The position numbers and the translations under genes are program-made. Below the pieces are notes generated by a model, which searched no databases, was not told where the DNA came from, and worked only from the letters and a program-made list of their open reading frames with translations. DNA of 62,093 bases, the filler included. It is 6 parts of 6 records of this genome, joined end to end, with 100 filler letters (N's around TTAATTAATTAA, not from the genome) between each part and the next. Parts side by side here need not be neighbours in the genome. Positions count along the whole stretch, not along the records: positions 37,294 to 43,239 come from SRR31156797_43680; positions 43,340 to 51,304 come from SRR31156797_43712; 4 more parts are not named here. The stretch is one strand, 5' to 3'. The stretch's first letter is position 1, and every line of letters starts with the position of its first letter. This document shows, one piece after another, positions 37,616 to 47,846 of the stretch.

Positions 37616-38746
37616 TTATACGTTTTCAATTACAGACTTCACACGTTCGTTGTATATCTCTTTTGCATGTGTAATGCAAGTTCCCTTAACAATGTCATCG
37701 TCGAAATCCAGGTTTAAAGCACCTTCCTCTCCAATCATTAACTTCATGAAGTTTAAAACGTTTTTACCAAACATACGACTGGCATCAACTGGTTTATGTG
37801 CTGGATAGTTCGATTGGCCAATAATGGTAACTCCATTGTGAACCACGGTATCATCGTTTTTGGATAATTCGCAGTTTCCTCCTGTTGAAGCGGCAAGGTC
37901 GATAATAACTGAACCCGCTTTCATGTTCTCAACAGCTTCTTTTGGAATCAATACCGGAGCTTTGCGTCCAGGAATCTGGGCTGTACAAATTATTACATTC
38001 GATTTCGCAGCAACGTCGTTAATTGCTTGTTGCTGTTTTTGCTTAAATTCCTCGGTTTGTTCTACAGCATAACCTCCTGCAGCTTTATCTTCAGTGGCAC
38101 CTTCAACTTCAACAAATTTACCACCCAAACTCATTACTTCTTCTTTTACTGCCGAGCGAACATCAAAAACCTGAACCTGTGCACCCAGTTTTCGTGAAGT
38201 TGCAATGGCTTGTAAACCTGCAACACCCGCACCTAAGATTAAAACATTTGCCGGGCGAATTGTGCCGGCAGCAGTCATAAACATCGGGAAGAAGGTCGGT
38301 AATTTTGCAGCGGCTTCTAAAACAGCCATATATCCCGAAACGGTTGCCATTGATGATAAAATATCCATTGCCTGAGCACGTGTCGTTCTCGGAATTAAAT
38401 CAAGACTAAAGGTTGTAATTCCTTTGTCGAGGAAAGTTTTTACCAACGCTGTATCCCACAATGGATTAAATGCGCTGATCCAAACCTGCGAATCTTTGAT
38501 TTTCTCAGTATCGCCATCAGCCGGTGGCTGAATTTGCAGTAACACTTCAGCTTTGCCAAATACGTCGGCACGTTTAACTACTTTAGCTCCAACTGCTTCA
38601 TAATCAGCATCGGTTGCAAAGGCAGTTTCTCCAGCCCCCTGTTCTACCAATACCTCAACCTTCAGGTCGGTAAAAGTTTTTACAGTTTCCGGAAGTAAAG
38701 CTACACGGGTTTCATCTCCGTATTCCTTTAATAAGCCAAGAATCAT
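37616..38746 (-). CDS. pntA: NAD(P) transhydrogenase alpha subunit, soluble domain I
   Basis: ETRVALLP, PRTTRAQAMDILSS, GAGVAGLQA, TAQIPGRKAP. Confidence 0.95.
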   Translation of the reverse strand: MILGLLKEYGDETRVALLPETVKTFTDLKVEVLVEQGAGETAFATDADYEAVGAKVVKRADVFGKAEVLLQIQPPADGDTEKIKDSQVWISAFNPLWDTALVKTFLDKGITTFSLDLIPRTTRAQAMDILSSMATVSGYMAVLEAAAKLPTFFPMFMTAAGTIRPANVLILGAGVAGLQAIATSRKLGAQVQVFDVRSAVKEEVMSLGGKFVEVEGATEDKAAGGYAVEQTEEFKQKQQQAINDVAAKSNVIICTAQIPGRKAPVLIPKEAVENMKAGSVIIDLAASTGGNCELSKNDDTVVHNGVTIIGQSNYPAHKPVDASRMFGKNVLNFMKLMIGEEGALNLDFDDDIVKGTCITHAKEIYNERVKSVIENV

Positions 38747-39196
38747 AAATTTTGATTTAGATATTTAATTTGTTTGTAAAACTAACAAATTAATTTTACC
38801 GTGTTCGTACACGGAGGATAGTTTTATTATGATTTATAACATCTTTATAAACTGAATGAAGGGCGCCAATGGCAAATGTCAATTGGAATTTGTTAGCGGT
38901 GAGGGCTGATAGCCGGGATATATAAATAAAATTTTGGGAAACTCTCTAAGCCTTTTCCCTGTTGGGGAAAATGTAAACCATATTTAGTTGGTGAAGGTGT
39001 GGTATTAAAGGTGATATTTAACTATCGTATAACTAACAATGTACCGGTCCTAATTTTGAAATTTTGTATAAGGTGTTATTATCTGAATATCTTCAATTTC
39101 ATTTAGGAAATAAGTATCCTAATCTTATGAGATACATAAAAGCTTTTCTATTTTTATAAGAACAAGTCTTAAACTAACTAAATAACTAATTTACAT

Positions 39197-40759
39197 ATGA
39201 AACTAACGTTTATAATTACTGCATTAATCTCGAGTATTTTTTTACTCTGTGGCTGTAAAAAACATGAATTAACAACAGTTGTTCAGGTAAAGGATGGCAA
39301 GGTTGAAGGATTCCTTGAAAATGACACTAAAATATTCAAAGGTATTCCTTTTGCCGCTCCTCCTGTTGGCGATTTAAGGTGGAAAGCACCGCAACCTGTT
39401 AAATCCTGGGAGGGGATTTTAGAAACAAAAAAATTTAAACCTGCCTGTCCGCAACCCCAGGAATTGGAGCAGTCGGAGGATTGTTTATACCTGAACGTAT
39501 GGACTCCTGCTAAATCATCGGATGAGAAGTTACCGGTAATGGTATGGATACACGGTGGCGGTTTTGCGTTGGGAGCTCCATTGGAGTCTACCTATAACGG
39601 GATTAAATTGACCCATAAAGGAGTTCTCTTTGTTACGGTTGCGTACCGCTTAGGGATTTTGGGTTTTATGGCTCATCCGGAATTAAGTAATGAATCACCA
39701 AATAATGTTTCCGGGAATTACGGTTTGCTGGATCAAATAGCAGCGTTGAAATGGGTACAGAATAATATTTCTGCATTTGGCGGAGATCCTGAAAACGTAA
39801 CCATTTTTGGTGAATCTGCTGGAGGTATCTCGGTAAGTATGTTGTGTGCTTCACCGCTGGCAAAAGGTCTTTTTAAAGGGGCAATAAGCCAAAGTGGTGG
39901 CAATTTTGGTCCGGTTTATAATACCGATGGTAGAAAGCATGACGGCATCCCGGGTATTAAGGCAACAGAAAAGTTGGGTATGGAATTTACCCAAAAGATG
40001 GGATGCAACTCAATTGCTGAATTACGGAAAATGGATCCACAGAAATGGATGGATGATCCTTTGGCAAATATGGGTGGTTTTTGGCCTGTGGCAGATGGTT
40101 ATGTAATTCCTGATGATCAATACAAATTGTATGAAGCAGGACAATACAACGATGTAAATGTGATTATCGGAACCAATTCTGATGAAGGTATTACTTTTGC
40201 CAGACCAGTTGATCCGGAAATCTACAAAATAAACATTCGAAGCCAATTTGGGGATTATGCAGAAAAAATCCTTCTCGAATATCCTGGGAATACACTTGCT
40301 GAGACTCAAACGTCAGCAGCGGATATATTTAGGGAAACTGTATTTGCCTGGCCATCCTGGTCTTGGGCTCGATTACAATCCCGAACAGGAAATTCCAAAA
40401 TTTTTACTTATTATTTTAATCAGCAACAGCCCCGTATTCCAGGTGTTTCTATAAAACCAAGGGGAGCAGAACATGCGGCTGAAATTAAGTATGTTTTTAA
40501 AAATTTGAATGATGAGGTATTTGATGCGGCCGATATAAAACTTTCGGATATTTTAGCTACTTACTGGACCAACTTTGCAAAGTACGGCGATCCAAATGGG
40601 GCAAACCTTCCGGTATGGCCCGAATTTACAGAGAATAGTCCTGCAACCTTATATTTTAATAGCCTAATAGAAAGTGGCCCGGTACCAAACCTCGACAAGT
40701 TACAGTTAATGGAAGCGTATTTTAAGTACAGGCGGGAAGAAGGGCAAAAGCCACAATAA
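39197..40759 (+). CDS. Type-B carboxylesterase lipoprotein
   Basis: Lipobox-like LCGC; FKGIPFAAPP, SEDCLYLNVW, HGGGF, GESAGG, GAEH. Confidence 0.92.
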   Translation: MKLTFIITALISSIFLLCGCKKHELTTVVQVKDGKVEGFLENDTKIFKGIPFAAPPVGDLRWKAPQPVKSWEGILETKKFKPACPQPQELEQSEDCLYLNVWTPAKSSDEKLPVMVWIHGGGFALGAPLESTYNGIKLTHKGVLFVTVAYRLGILGFMAHPELSNESPNNVSGNYGLLDQIAALKWVQNNISAFGGDPENVTIFGESAGGISVSMLCASPLAKGLFKGAISQSGGNFGPVYNTDGRKHDGIPGIKATEKLGMEFTQKMGCNSIAELRKMDPQKWMDDPLANMGGFWPVADGYVIPDDQYKLYEAGQYNDVNVIIGTNSDEGITFARPVDPEIYKINIRSQFGDYAEKILLEYPGNTLAETQTSAADIFRETVFAWPSWSWARLQSRTGNSKIFTYYFNQQQPRIPGVSIKPRGAEHAAEIKYVFKNLNDEVFDAADIKLSDILATYWTNFAKYGDPNGANLPVWPEFTENSPATLYFNSLIESGPVPNLDKLQLMEAYFKYRREEGQKPQ

Positions 40760-41010
40760 AATTTATTGGTAAATATTTTTGACTTAAGCGACAATATTAG
40801 ACATGCTGGGGGGGCTGTCAGGATTCATGTAGATACTTTACTATAAATTTTTTAGATAACTTGATTTTTAGTGAGCACAGAGATTTGAGTATTGAGTACA
40901 TGTTACATTGCTCATTACTCCAATCTCCGGTTTTAATTGTTCTTTTGAATTCTGCTCGATTTTAAACAGATGTACCTTTAGCGTATATTGGTTTCGTTTA
41001 AAACAGTTTG

Positions 41011-41658
41011 TTACTCTGTCAACCCAAATAAATCAAAAGGCTGTTCACTGTAGAAATCGTGAAACAGGAAATAGTTTAAAACAATAAAGGCGAAAAAGCC
41101 CAAAACGATCAGAATTTGTGACCAATTTGTTTTCTGTATTTCATGCCTCGATTTTACATCGCATACCTCACCGGGGCAATACTGTAAATTTTCTTTTCCA
41201 AAAAACCAGGGGTAAGTTTTGCATCCCAGGCAAATGCCAAATACCGATTCGAAAAATAAAAATATTAGGCAAATAAAGCAGATGATACCGGTAATCGGAC
41301 TAAAAGAGTTTACAAGTACCAAAAGCACCAACATGATTGTTGCCAGGGCGATTCCTATTTTCCATGCAAATTTCTTTTGACGTGCACCAACATATTCGGG
41401 TGTTTGCCTGCACACAATTAAACGCCCAATAATCAAGGTTGGGGCAAACTTTGGATTGACTAAAACCCGGATCAGAAAATCGACCAAAAAGCCAACAACG
41501 GCATATTTTATCATGGTAAAGTCGCCCGCTGCAGCTTGTTGAATTGAAATAAACATAATCAGAAATAGAATTCCAGCGGAAGCTCTTATTTCTCGTTCGT
41601 TTAATACCGGGATATTATATCCTTCCACCTGTTCGCCAAATTGTACAATTTTTTTCAT
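41011..41658 (-). CDS. DUF4395 family membrane protein
   Basis: NEREIRASAG...QKKFAW...FESVFGICLGC. Confidence 0.8.
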   Translation of the reverse strand: MKKIVQFGEQVEGYNIPVLNEREIRASAGILFLIMFISIQQAAAGDFTMIKYAVVGFLVDFLIRVLVNPKFAPTLIIGRLIVCRQTPEYVGARQKKFAWKIGIALATIMLVLLVLVNSFSPITGIICFICLIFLFFESVFGICLGCKTYPWFFGKENLQYCPGEVCDVKSRHEIQKTNWSQILIVLGFFAFIVLNYFLFHDFYSEQPFDLFGLTE

Positions 41659-41757
41659 GATTCTTTTAGTTGATTGATTAAATACCGGCAAAATTACATT
41701 TGCAAAGATATATGACTTAACAACTAAAAACGAAACAGGTTTACCTGTTTTCCCGAA

Positions 41758-42318
41758 TTAATTTACAGGAATCTGAAACTGGCAATAATTGAAATTTATA
41801 GTATGTCTGTCGACAGGAAAGATTAGTCGTATGTAAGTTGTTTTTGCTGTAACGGGGAAGAATACTTGTCAGGAAATATGATGGTTTGGATCTAACGTGG
41901 TTTTACAAAGAACAGAATTATCCCAATCTTCGTAAATATCAATAAATCCACCGGTTTTTAAAATTTTTCAGTCTAATTCAAATTGTTCATTTTCTGGATT
42001 AATAGCTGCTACTTTTAAAATAGGTTTATAAAGCCTATCGTAAGATTAACAATAATAAACAGAAGGATCGACAAGTATAGGCAAGTTTGAACGGTTTTTC
42101 ACAGACACATTAAAAATGTATTGATCCTTTTTAACTTTGAAAAATTCAACTTCTTAAGTAATTCCTAATAAGGTATCAACAACCAACTGTTGCCCATAAT
42201 TCCATTTTATGGTTTCATTTTGAGGTTCAAGTCGTACTATGTATTTGGGATACGTACATGAGAATAAAAAAATGTAAATAGAATGACTGTAGCGAATTAA
42301 GGTAAGTTTTGTTTTCAT
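41758..42318 (-). pseudogene. Decayed lipoprotein-like gene with four in-frame stops
   Basis: One frame reads MKTKLTL...FSCTYPKY...GIT*EVEFF...LPILVDPSVYYC*...ELD*...KTTLDPNHHIS*QVFFP...IPVN*. Confidence 0.6.
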
Positions 42319-42499
42319 TATGTTTAATGTTAGTTGTTCATGGATGATAAAATTTATATTTAGGTAGGCTTTATTCTCCTTCAGGTAAAAACAATTGGTA
42401 TGCCAAGAATGGGGATAGGAGGTTACCAATTCTGTTATTGGTATAAATTTAGATTAAACATGTGCTGAACATTTTACTTTAAGAGTTGTTATTGGAGCG

Positions 42500-43045
42500 A
42501 TGAAAAAAATATTGGCATTTGGAGCAAGCAACAGCAGCAAATCGATAAACAAAACTTTAGTAAGTTATATTGTTGGTCGGTTGGAGAACGTTAACGTGAA
42601 TTTACTTGACCTGAATGATTTTGAGATGCCCATATATAGTATCGACCGCGAAATGGAAAGTGGCATTCATCCGCTTGCGCTTAAGTTTAAGGAGTTAATT
42701 GTAGAAAGCGATGCCATTGTTATTTCATTTGCCGAACACAACAGTGCTTATTCTGCGGCGTTTAAAAATATTTTCGATTGGGTCTCGCGTTTGGCTCCAG
42801 ATGTATGGGAGGGAAAACCGATGTTTCTGGCAGCAACTGCACCTGGGCCATGGGGAGGAAAGTCGGTTTTAAAAATGGCTTACTCAAGGTTTTCCAAAAG
42901 AAATAATAATACTATTGTTACATTTTCTTTGCCTAAATTTTTGACGAACTATTCGGATGAAAAGGGAATTTTGGACAAAGAATTAAATGCTGAATTTGAA
43001 GAAAAGCTAAAGGAATTTGAACAAGCCCTGAAAAACGAAAAATAA
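42500..43045 (+). CDS. NADPH-dependent FMN reductase (ChrR-like)
   Basis: GASNSSKSIN, AEHNSAYSAAFKNIFDW. Confidence 0.9.
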   Translation: MKKILAFGASNSSKSINKTLVSYIVGRLENVNVNLLDLNDFEMPIYSIDREMESGIHPLALKFKELIVESDAIVISFAEHNSAYSAAFKNIFDWVSRLAPDVWEGKPMFLAATAPGPWGGKSVLKMAYSRFSKRNNNTIVTFSLPKFLTNYSDEKGILDKELNAEFEEKLKEFEQALKNEK

Positions 43046-43239
43046 TGGTTGTTTTCGGTAATACTATGCAGTAAGTCTTTTGTTTCGTCCTTTAGTACAG
43101 CAAATAATTAAAACAGGATGGTGTTGGAAAAAAACTATCATCGAAAATTAGTTTCCACCCTCTGGTATTTTCCGACGGTTTAAAATCATGAATACTTCCT
43201 TTTGGGATACATAGAACCTTTTGCTCAGAAACATCATAG

Positions 43240-43339
43240 NNNNNNNNNNNNNNNNNNNNNNNNNNNNNNNNNNNNNNNNNNNNTTAATTAATTAANNNNN
43301 NNNNNNNNNNNNNNNNNNNNNNNNNNNNNNNNNNNNNNN
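43240..43339. other. Artificial contig linker
   Basis: N44-TTAATTAATTAA-N44. Confidence 0.98.
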
Positions 43340-43340
43340 T

Positions 43341-43577
43341 ACCCCCCAAGCTACCCCCCAAGCTACCCCTCAAGTTGATAAAAAAGATCTGATACTAGAG
43401 TTTTGTAAAGAAGCTAAATCAATTCAAGAGATAATGAAATATCTTAATATGAACGATAGAAAACATTTTAGAGCTACAATTTTAAATCCACTTATCCAAA
43501 AAGGACTTATCTCACCAACTATACCAGATAAACCAAAAAGTCCAAATCAGAAGTATAAAACAAATTCTTACGAATAA
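43341..43577 (+). CDS. 3' fragment with a Fic-associated C-terminal winged-helix domain, preceded by TPQA repeats
   Basis: Hand translation TPQATPQATPQVDKKDLILEFCKE...RKHFRATILNPLIQKGLISPTIPDKPKSPNQKY; 12-bp tandem repeat ACCCCCCAAGCT at the contig edge. Confidence 0.75.
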   Translation, partial: TPQATPQATPQVDKKDLILEFCKEAKSIQEIMKYLNMNDRKHFRATILNPLIQKGLISPTIPDKPKSPNQKYKTNSYE

Positions 43578-43608
43578 GACAAAATATGTCTAGTTTATAA
43601 TATACAAT
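43577..43608 (+). promoter_or_regulatory. Candidate WYL-regulator box 1 plus -10 element
   Basis: AGACA-AAATA-TGTCT palindrome; TGTCTA-N10-TACAAT; upstream of the ankyrin gene. Confidence 0.75.
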
Positions 43609-43633
43609 ATATCATCAAATCAAAAGGAAAAAA

Positions 43634-44314
43634 ATGAATCCAACACAACAATTAATAGATGTAATCAAAACAAAAAACTTAGAGAGGCTTCTAAAAACTA
43701 TAAGAAGTGGAATTGATTTATCTTCGATAAATGTGATGACAATTTTAAATGAAACATCATGCTCAATAGAAACACTGAGAATACTTGTTAAAAATGGTAT
43801 CGATATAAATGCTCAAGATGAAAATGGTATGAGTCTACTTATGTTTGCATCTTCATATAAAAATATTGATTTAGTTGAGTATCTTTTTAAAAGTGGTGCA
43901 AATTTAGATCTAGAAAATAAAAATGGATTACGAGCACTTAGTTTTCCTATTGTTCATGGGGATTATAAACTGACTGAATATCTAGTAATGTCGGGTGCTG
44001 ATGTAAACTATGTAGATATAGGTGATTTCACCCCTTTGATGTCTGCTTTGAGTATAAGTGAAGAATTAGTAAATCAAGAAAATAAAGAGTTGGAAGAAAG
44101 TGGTGAGAATGTAAGTATTATCAAAAAACTAACTCTTGATTCTTTTTTAAATCATGTTCCAAAAACACATAATAAAATAGCAAAACTTTTAATAGAAAAT
44201 GGTGCTAATATACACTATAAAAATCAAGAAGGTGAATCTGCTTATCAATTTGCACTCAAATCAAAAAATAGTGAGATGATAGAGCTATTAGAAAAACTTG
44301 GAGTAAAAGAGTAA
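43634..44314 (+). CDS. Ankyrin repeat protein
   Basis: Repeated LVKNGIDINAQDENGMSLLMFA-type units. Confidence 0.9.
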   Translation: MNPTQQLIDVIKTKNLERLLKTIRSGIDLSSINVMTILNETSCSIETLRILVKNGIDINAQDENGMSLLMFASSYKNIDLVEYLFKSGANLDLENKNGLRALSFPIVHGDYKLTEYLVMSGADVNYVDIGDFTPLMSALSISEELVNQENKELEESGENVSIIKKLTLDSFLNHVPKTHNKIAKLLIENGANIHYKNQEGESAYQFALKSKNSEMIELLEKLGVKE

Positions 44315-44317
44315 AAT

Positions 44318-45328
44318 ATGGCAACAAGTGAAACACAAAGAATTTTAGAACTAATTAAAAGATTTAATAACAATGAAAAAGTATGCCCTGATAAAATTAT
44401 AGAGGAAGCTCAATTTGATGCTGATGATAATATTCCTAATATATGGTTAAATTCTAAAAATGAACCTGTATCTGAGCGAACGATTGGAAGAACATTAAAA
44501 ACATTAAAAGAGTATTTCCCTGATAGTTTTGAGCTTATACGAGGTGGAAAAGGTGAAAAGGGATGTTATAAAGCAGTAACCAAACAAGCCTTTGATAACT
44601 TTATGCAACCTGAGATTCTATCTCTTATGGCACTTACTTTTAGTATGGCTAGTAAAAGTGACCTTTTTGATAACTTTGATTTAAATGAAGATGATAAAAA
44701 ACTAATTGCTAAAGAGATTAAAAATGTAAATAAAGTATATGAGTTTAAAAATAAACCTTTTGAAACAACAAAAGCTGATAACAAAATATTAAAAGTATTA
44801 GAACATTCAGTAAAACATCACAAATGCATAATCCTAGAATATCCAGTAGGAAAGGAACATATAAAAATAGAAGTAAAACCATATAAAATACTTTTTATCA
44901 ATGAAAACTTTTATCTTGCTTGTGAAGTTGATCATGAAGATTATATGTTTAGTATGTATAGAATCTCAAAAATAAAAACTATAGAAGAGACTCCTAGAAC
45001 ATTTCAAGAAAACAGAGAAATAAGTGAGTTTATCAAAGATATACAAACACCATTTAGTACTTTTGTTCCAGATTATAAAAGATTTTTTATAGATGTACAA
45101 GTTGAAGTAGATGGTAAAAAAGCATATTTTTTTAAAGCTAAAAAACATCTCAAATCACAAGAGATAATAGAAGAGAAAGAGAATGGTAACTTAATAGTTA
45201 ATTTTAAAGTAACGCAAGAGATGGAAGTAGAATCAATTGTAAAAAGTTGGTTGCCTTATGTAAAAGTGATCTCTCCAATATCATTGAAAAATAAAATAGA
45301 AGATGAATTAAAAACTTATCTTTCTTAG
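44318..45328 (+). CDS. HTH-WYL-WCX transcriptional regulator
   Basis: VSERTIGRTL HTH; VKPYKILFINENFYLAC...YRISKI WYL core; SWLPYVKVISPISL WCX end. Confidence 0.9.
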   Translation: MATSETQRILELIKRFNNNEKVCPDKIIEEAQFDADDNIPNIWLNSKNEPVSERTIGRTLKTLKEYFPDSFELIRGGKGEKGCYKAVTKQAFDNFMQPEILSLMALTFSMASKSDLFDNFDLNEDDKKLIAKEIKNVNKVYEFKNKPFETTKADNKILKVLEHSVKHHKCIILEYPVGKEHIKIEVKPYKILFINENFYLACEVDHEDYMFSMYRISKIKTIEETPRTFQENREISEFIKDIQTPFSTFVPDYKRFFIDVQVEVDGKKAYFFKAKKHLKSQEIIEEKENGNLIVNFKVTQEMEVESIVKSWLPYVKVISPISLKNKIEDELKTYLS

Positions 45329-45358
45329 ACAAAATATGTCTAATTATTTTAATATAAT
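45325..45358 (+). promoter_or_regulatory. Candidate WYL-regulator box 2 plus -10 element
   Basis: TTAGACA-AAATA-TGTCTAA perfect palindrome; TGTCTA-N10-TATAAT. Confidence 0.78.
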
Positions 45359-45383
45359 TTTCTAAATAAACAAAGGAAGTTAT

Positions 45384-45536
45384 ATGAAAACTAAAATCTT
45401 AACTGTATTAGCAATTCTACTTGCTATTCCAACCTATGGTGTATCTTTAATTGTATGGCTTTTTGGAAAATATCAATATGATCTGGCTACACTTTATAGG
45501 ACGCAAAAAATGATGGACAAATTGCTACAAATATAA
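45384..45536 (+). CDS. Small membrane protein (50 aa), not in the ORF track; could be a truncated gene
   Basis: AAAGGA RBS; MKTKILTVLAILLAIPTYGVSLIVWLFGKYQYDLATLYRTQKMMDKLLQI. Confidence 0.65.
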   Translation: MKTKILTVLAILLAIPTYGVSLIVWLFGKYQYDLATLYRTQKMMDKLLQI

Positions 45537-45610
45537 GTCTAATATACGAAAATTCAACAATCTGTAATATTTGGCACAATTTCACTAAGTAAGATTAACA
45601 TGCTAAAATT

Positions 45611-47161
45611 CTAGGAACTATTGGTTACTGACTCAAAATTCTGAACGCTCTCTCCATACTCCACATCTTTATAGAGTTCATCATATCTTTTATATTCTGT
45701 TTGATTTATTCGATAAAAGAGGTGAGTTCTATTTAATTGATCTGGTGCTTGTAGTCCAGCTGAAGCGATGATCTCTACAAAACTTTTCAATGTATTTCTA
45801 TGATAGTTTGCAACTCTTTGTTTTTTATCATTTACTACTAATCCCTTTTCTAATCTTTTATCTTGTGTAGCTATTCCTGTAGGGCAAGTGTTTTTATGAC
45901 ATTGTAAAGCTTGGATACACCCTAAAGAAAACATCATCCCTCTGGCACTTGCACACAGATCAGCTCCAAGGCTTAGATTCTTTGTGATATCCATTCCATT
46001 AATCACTCTTCCACTCGCAATCACTTTTATCTCTTTTTTTAATCCATAACCATTTAAAGAATCAATAATAAAGACTAAAGCTTCTCTTAGTGGCATCCCC
46101 ACATGATTTGTATATTCAAGTGGAGCTGCACCTGTCCCACCCTCTGCACCATCTACTGTAATAAAATCAGGTGTGATTCCTGAGTGTAGCATAGATTTAC
46201 AAATATCAATAAACTCCTCTTTATTTCCAAGACATAGTTTAAACCCTATAGGTTTGCCTCCACTTAGATCTCTTAGAGTTTGAATAAAGTATAGTAATTC
46301 ATCCGTATCTTTAAATGCAGTATGTGTGGGAGGTGAGTCTACTTGAGTATAAGGGGTAACTCCTCTTTGTTCAGCAATTTCAGGAGTGTTTTTATGAGCT
46401 GGTAATATCCCACCATGTCCTGGTTTTGCTCCTTGGGAGAGTTTTATCTCTATCATCTTAATATTTTTAAGAGTAGCTTTTTCTTGAAATTTCACTGGAT
46501 CAAAATTACCATTTTCATCCCTACACCCAAAATATCCTGTTCCAATTTGCCAAATAAGATCAGCTTTCGTTTCTAGATGATAACGACTAAGTCCACCCTC
46601 TCCAGTATTCAAAGCAAAGCTTCCAATCTTCGCTCCATTTCCTAAAGCTAAAACAGCATTTGAACTTAAAGCTCCAAAACTCATAGCAGAGATATTTAAA
46701 ATAGAAGAAGAGTAGGGTTGTAAACAATCTTTTCCTCCAATTGATACTCTTGGATCTTGATTAAGTTCACTTGATTTTAATGCTTTTAAAGAGTGACCGA
46801 TCCACTCATATCCAACTTTATAAACATCTTCTTTAGTACCAAAAGGGATATTACTCACCATATTTTTACTTCGTCTATAGACAAGTCCTCTTGTTTGTCT
46901 ATTAAAAGGGACTCCATCGATATCTGATTCTATAAAATATTGACGAATTGGAGGACGAAGTTCTTCTAAGACCCAACGAAACCTTCCAATCACTGGAAAG
47001 TTCCTCCAAAGTGAATGGGAGGTTTGTTTTTTATCATAATACCAAATAAGAGCAATAAGGATAAGAAAAGGCCAGATCCAAATGAGAAGAATATCAAATG
47101 TTAAAAATAAGATCACAAGAGTTGCTATGAGAAGTAATATTTTTTTAAAGTTTTTATTCAT
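45611..47161 (-). CDS. FMN-binding glutamate synthase family protein
   Basis: ISAMSFGALS, NTGEGG, IKLSQGAKPGHGG, CIQALQCHKNTCPTG. Confidence 0.92.
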   Translation of the reverse strand: MNKNFKKILLLIATLVILFLTFDILLIWIWPFLILIALIWYYDKKQTSHSLWRNFPVIGRFRWVLEELRPPIRQYFIESDIDGVPFNRQTRGLVYRRSKNMVSNIPFGTKEDVYKVGYEWIGHSLKALKSSELNQDPRVSIGGKDCLQPYSSSILNISAMSFGALSSNAVLALGNGAKIGSFALNTGEGGLSRYHLETKADLIWQIGTGYFGCRDENGNFDPVKFQEKATLKNIKMIEIKLSQGAKPGHGGILPAHKNTPEIAEQRGVTPYTQVDSPPTHTAFKDTDELLYFIQTLRDLSGGKPIGFKLCLGNKEEFIDICKSMLHSGITPDFITVDGAEGGTGAAPLEYTNHVGMPLREALVFIIDSLNGYGLKKEIKVIASGRVINGMDITKNLSLGADLCASARGMMFSLGCIQALQCHKNTCPTGIATQDKRLEKGLVVNDKKQRVANYHRNTLKSFVEIIASAGLQAPDQLNRTHLFYRINQTEYKRYDELYKDVEYGESVQNFESVTNSS

Positions 47162-47280
47162 TTTTCTCCTTAATTACAAAAGAGTATAATAACACAATAT
47201 AACTAATTGAATCTCCATATGTAGTATCAGAGCTGAAATGTTATAATAGCTCTAATATAGAGAAAATGAAAGGTTTTTGT

Positions 47281-47844
47281 ATGGAATTAGAAACAATAGG
47301 GAAAATGTTAATAGATCTTGTAAGAGTTACGATCAATGATAAGCTACAAGGAACACAAAGTATAGATAAAGAACAGATGCTACAAAACATACCAAATCTT
47401 AATAAATTAGGTGCTTCTTTTGTAACTTTAACAATTGATGGAAAGCTTCGAGGGTGTATAGGATCTTTAGTCCCACATGTAAGCCTTTATGAAGACCTAA
47501 CTTCTAATGCTTTAAAAGCTGCTTTTGAAGACCCAAGGTTTTCTCCTCTTAGTGTAGAAGAGTTTGCAAAGATGAAAATAGAGATATCTATTATAGGTCC
47601 TACAAAACATATAGCTTATAATGGTTTTGATGACCTTAGAAAAAAGATTACTCCTAATGAGGATGGGGTGATCTTACGACTTGGAGCTCATCAAGGGACA
47701 TTTTTACCACAAGTTTGGGAAGAGCTTCCAGATTTTGATAGTTTTATGGTACATCTTTTTTATAAAGCAGGGCTTGATCCTTCAAAAGTTGAAGAGGCTC
47801 CTGAGATCTTTACTTATAGAGTCGATAAAATTATAGAGCCATAA
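47281..47844 (+). CDS. amrA: AmmeMemoRadiSam system protein A (AMMECR1 domain)
   Basis: ASFVTL...LRGCIGS...AAFEDPRF...TFLPQVW. Confidence 0.92.
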   Translation: MELETIGKMLIDLVRVTINDKLQGTQSIDKEQMLQNIPNLNKLGASFVTLTIDGKLRGCIGSLVPHVSLYEDLTSNALKAAFEDPRFSPLSVEEFAKMKIEISIIGPTKHIAYNGFDDLRKKITPNEDGVILRLGAHQGTFLPQVWEELPDFDSFMVHLFYKAGLDPSKVEEAPEIFTYRVDKIIEP

Positions 47845-47846
47845 AA

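Noticed and set aside
41758-42318. Stop-codon reassignment or selenocysteine in the Bacteroidota-like contig
   Set aside because: Both TAA and TGA stops, no Cys-motif context, and neighbouring genes use the standard code
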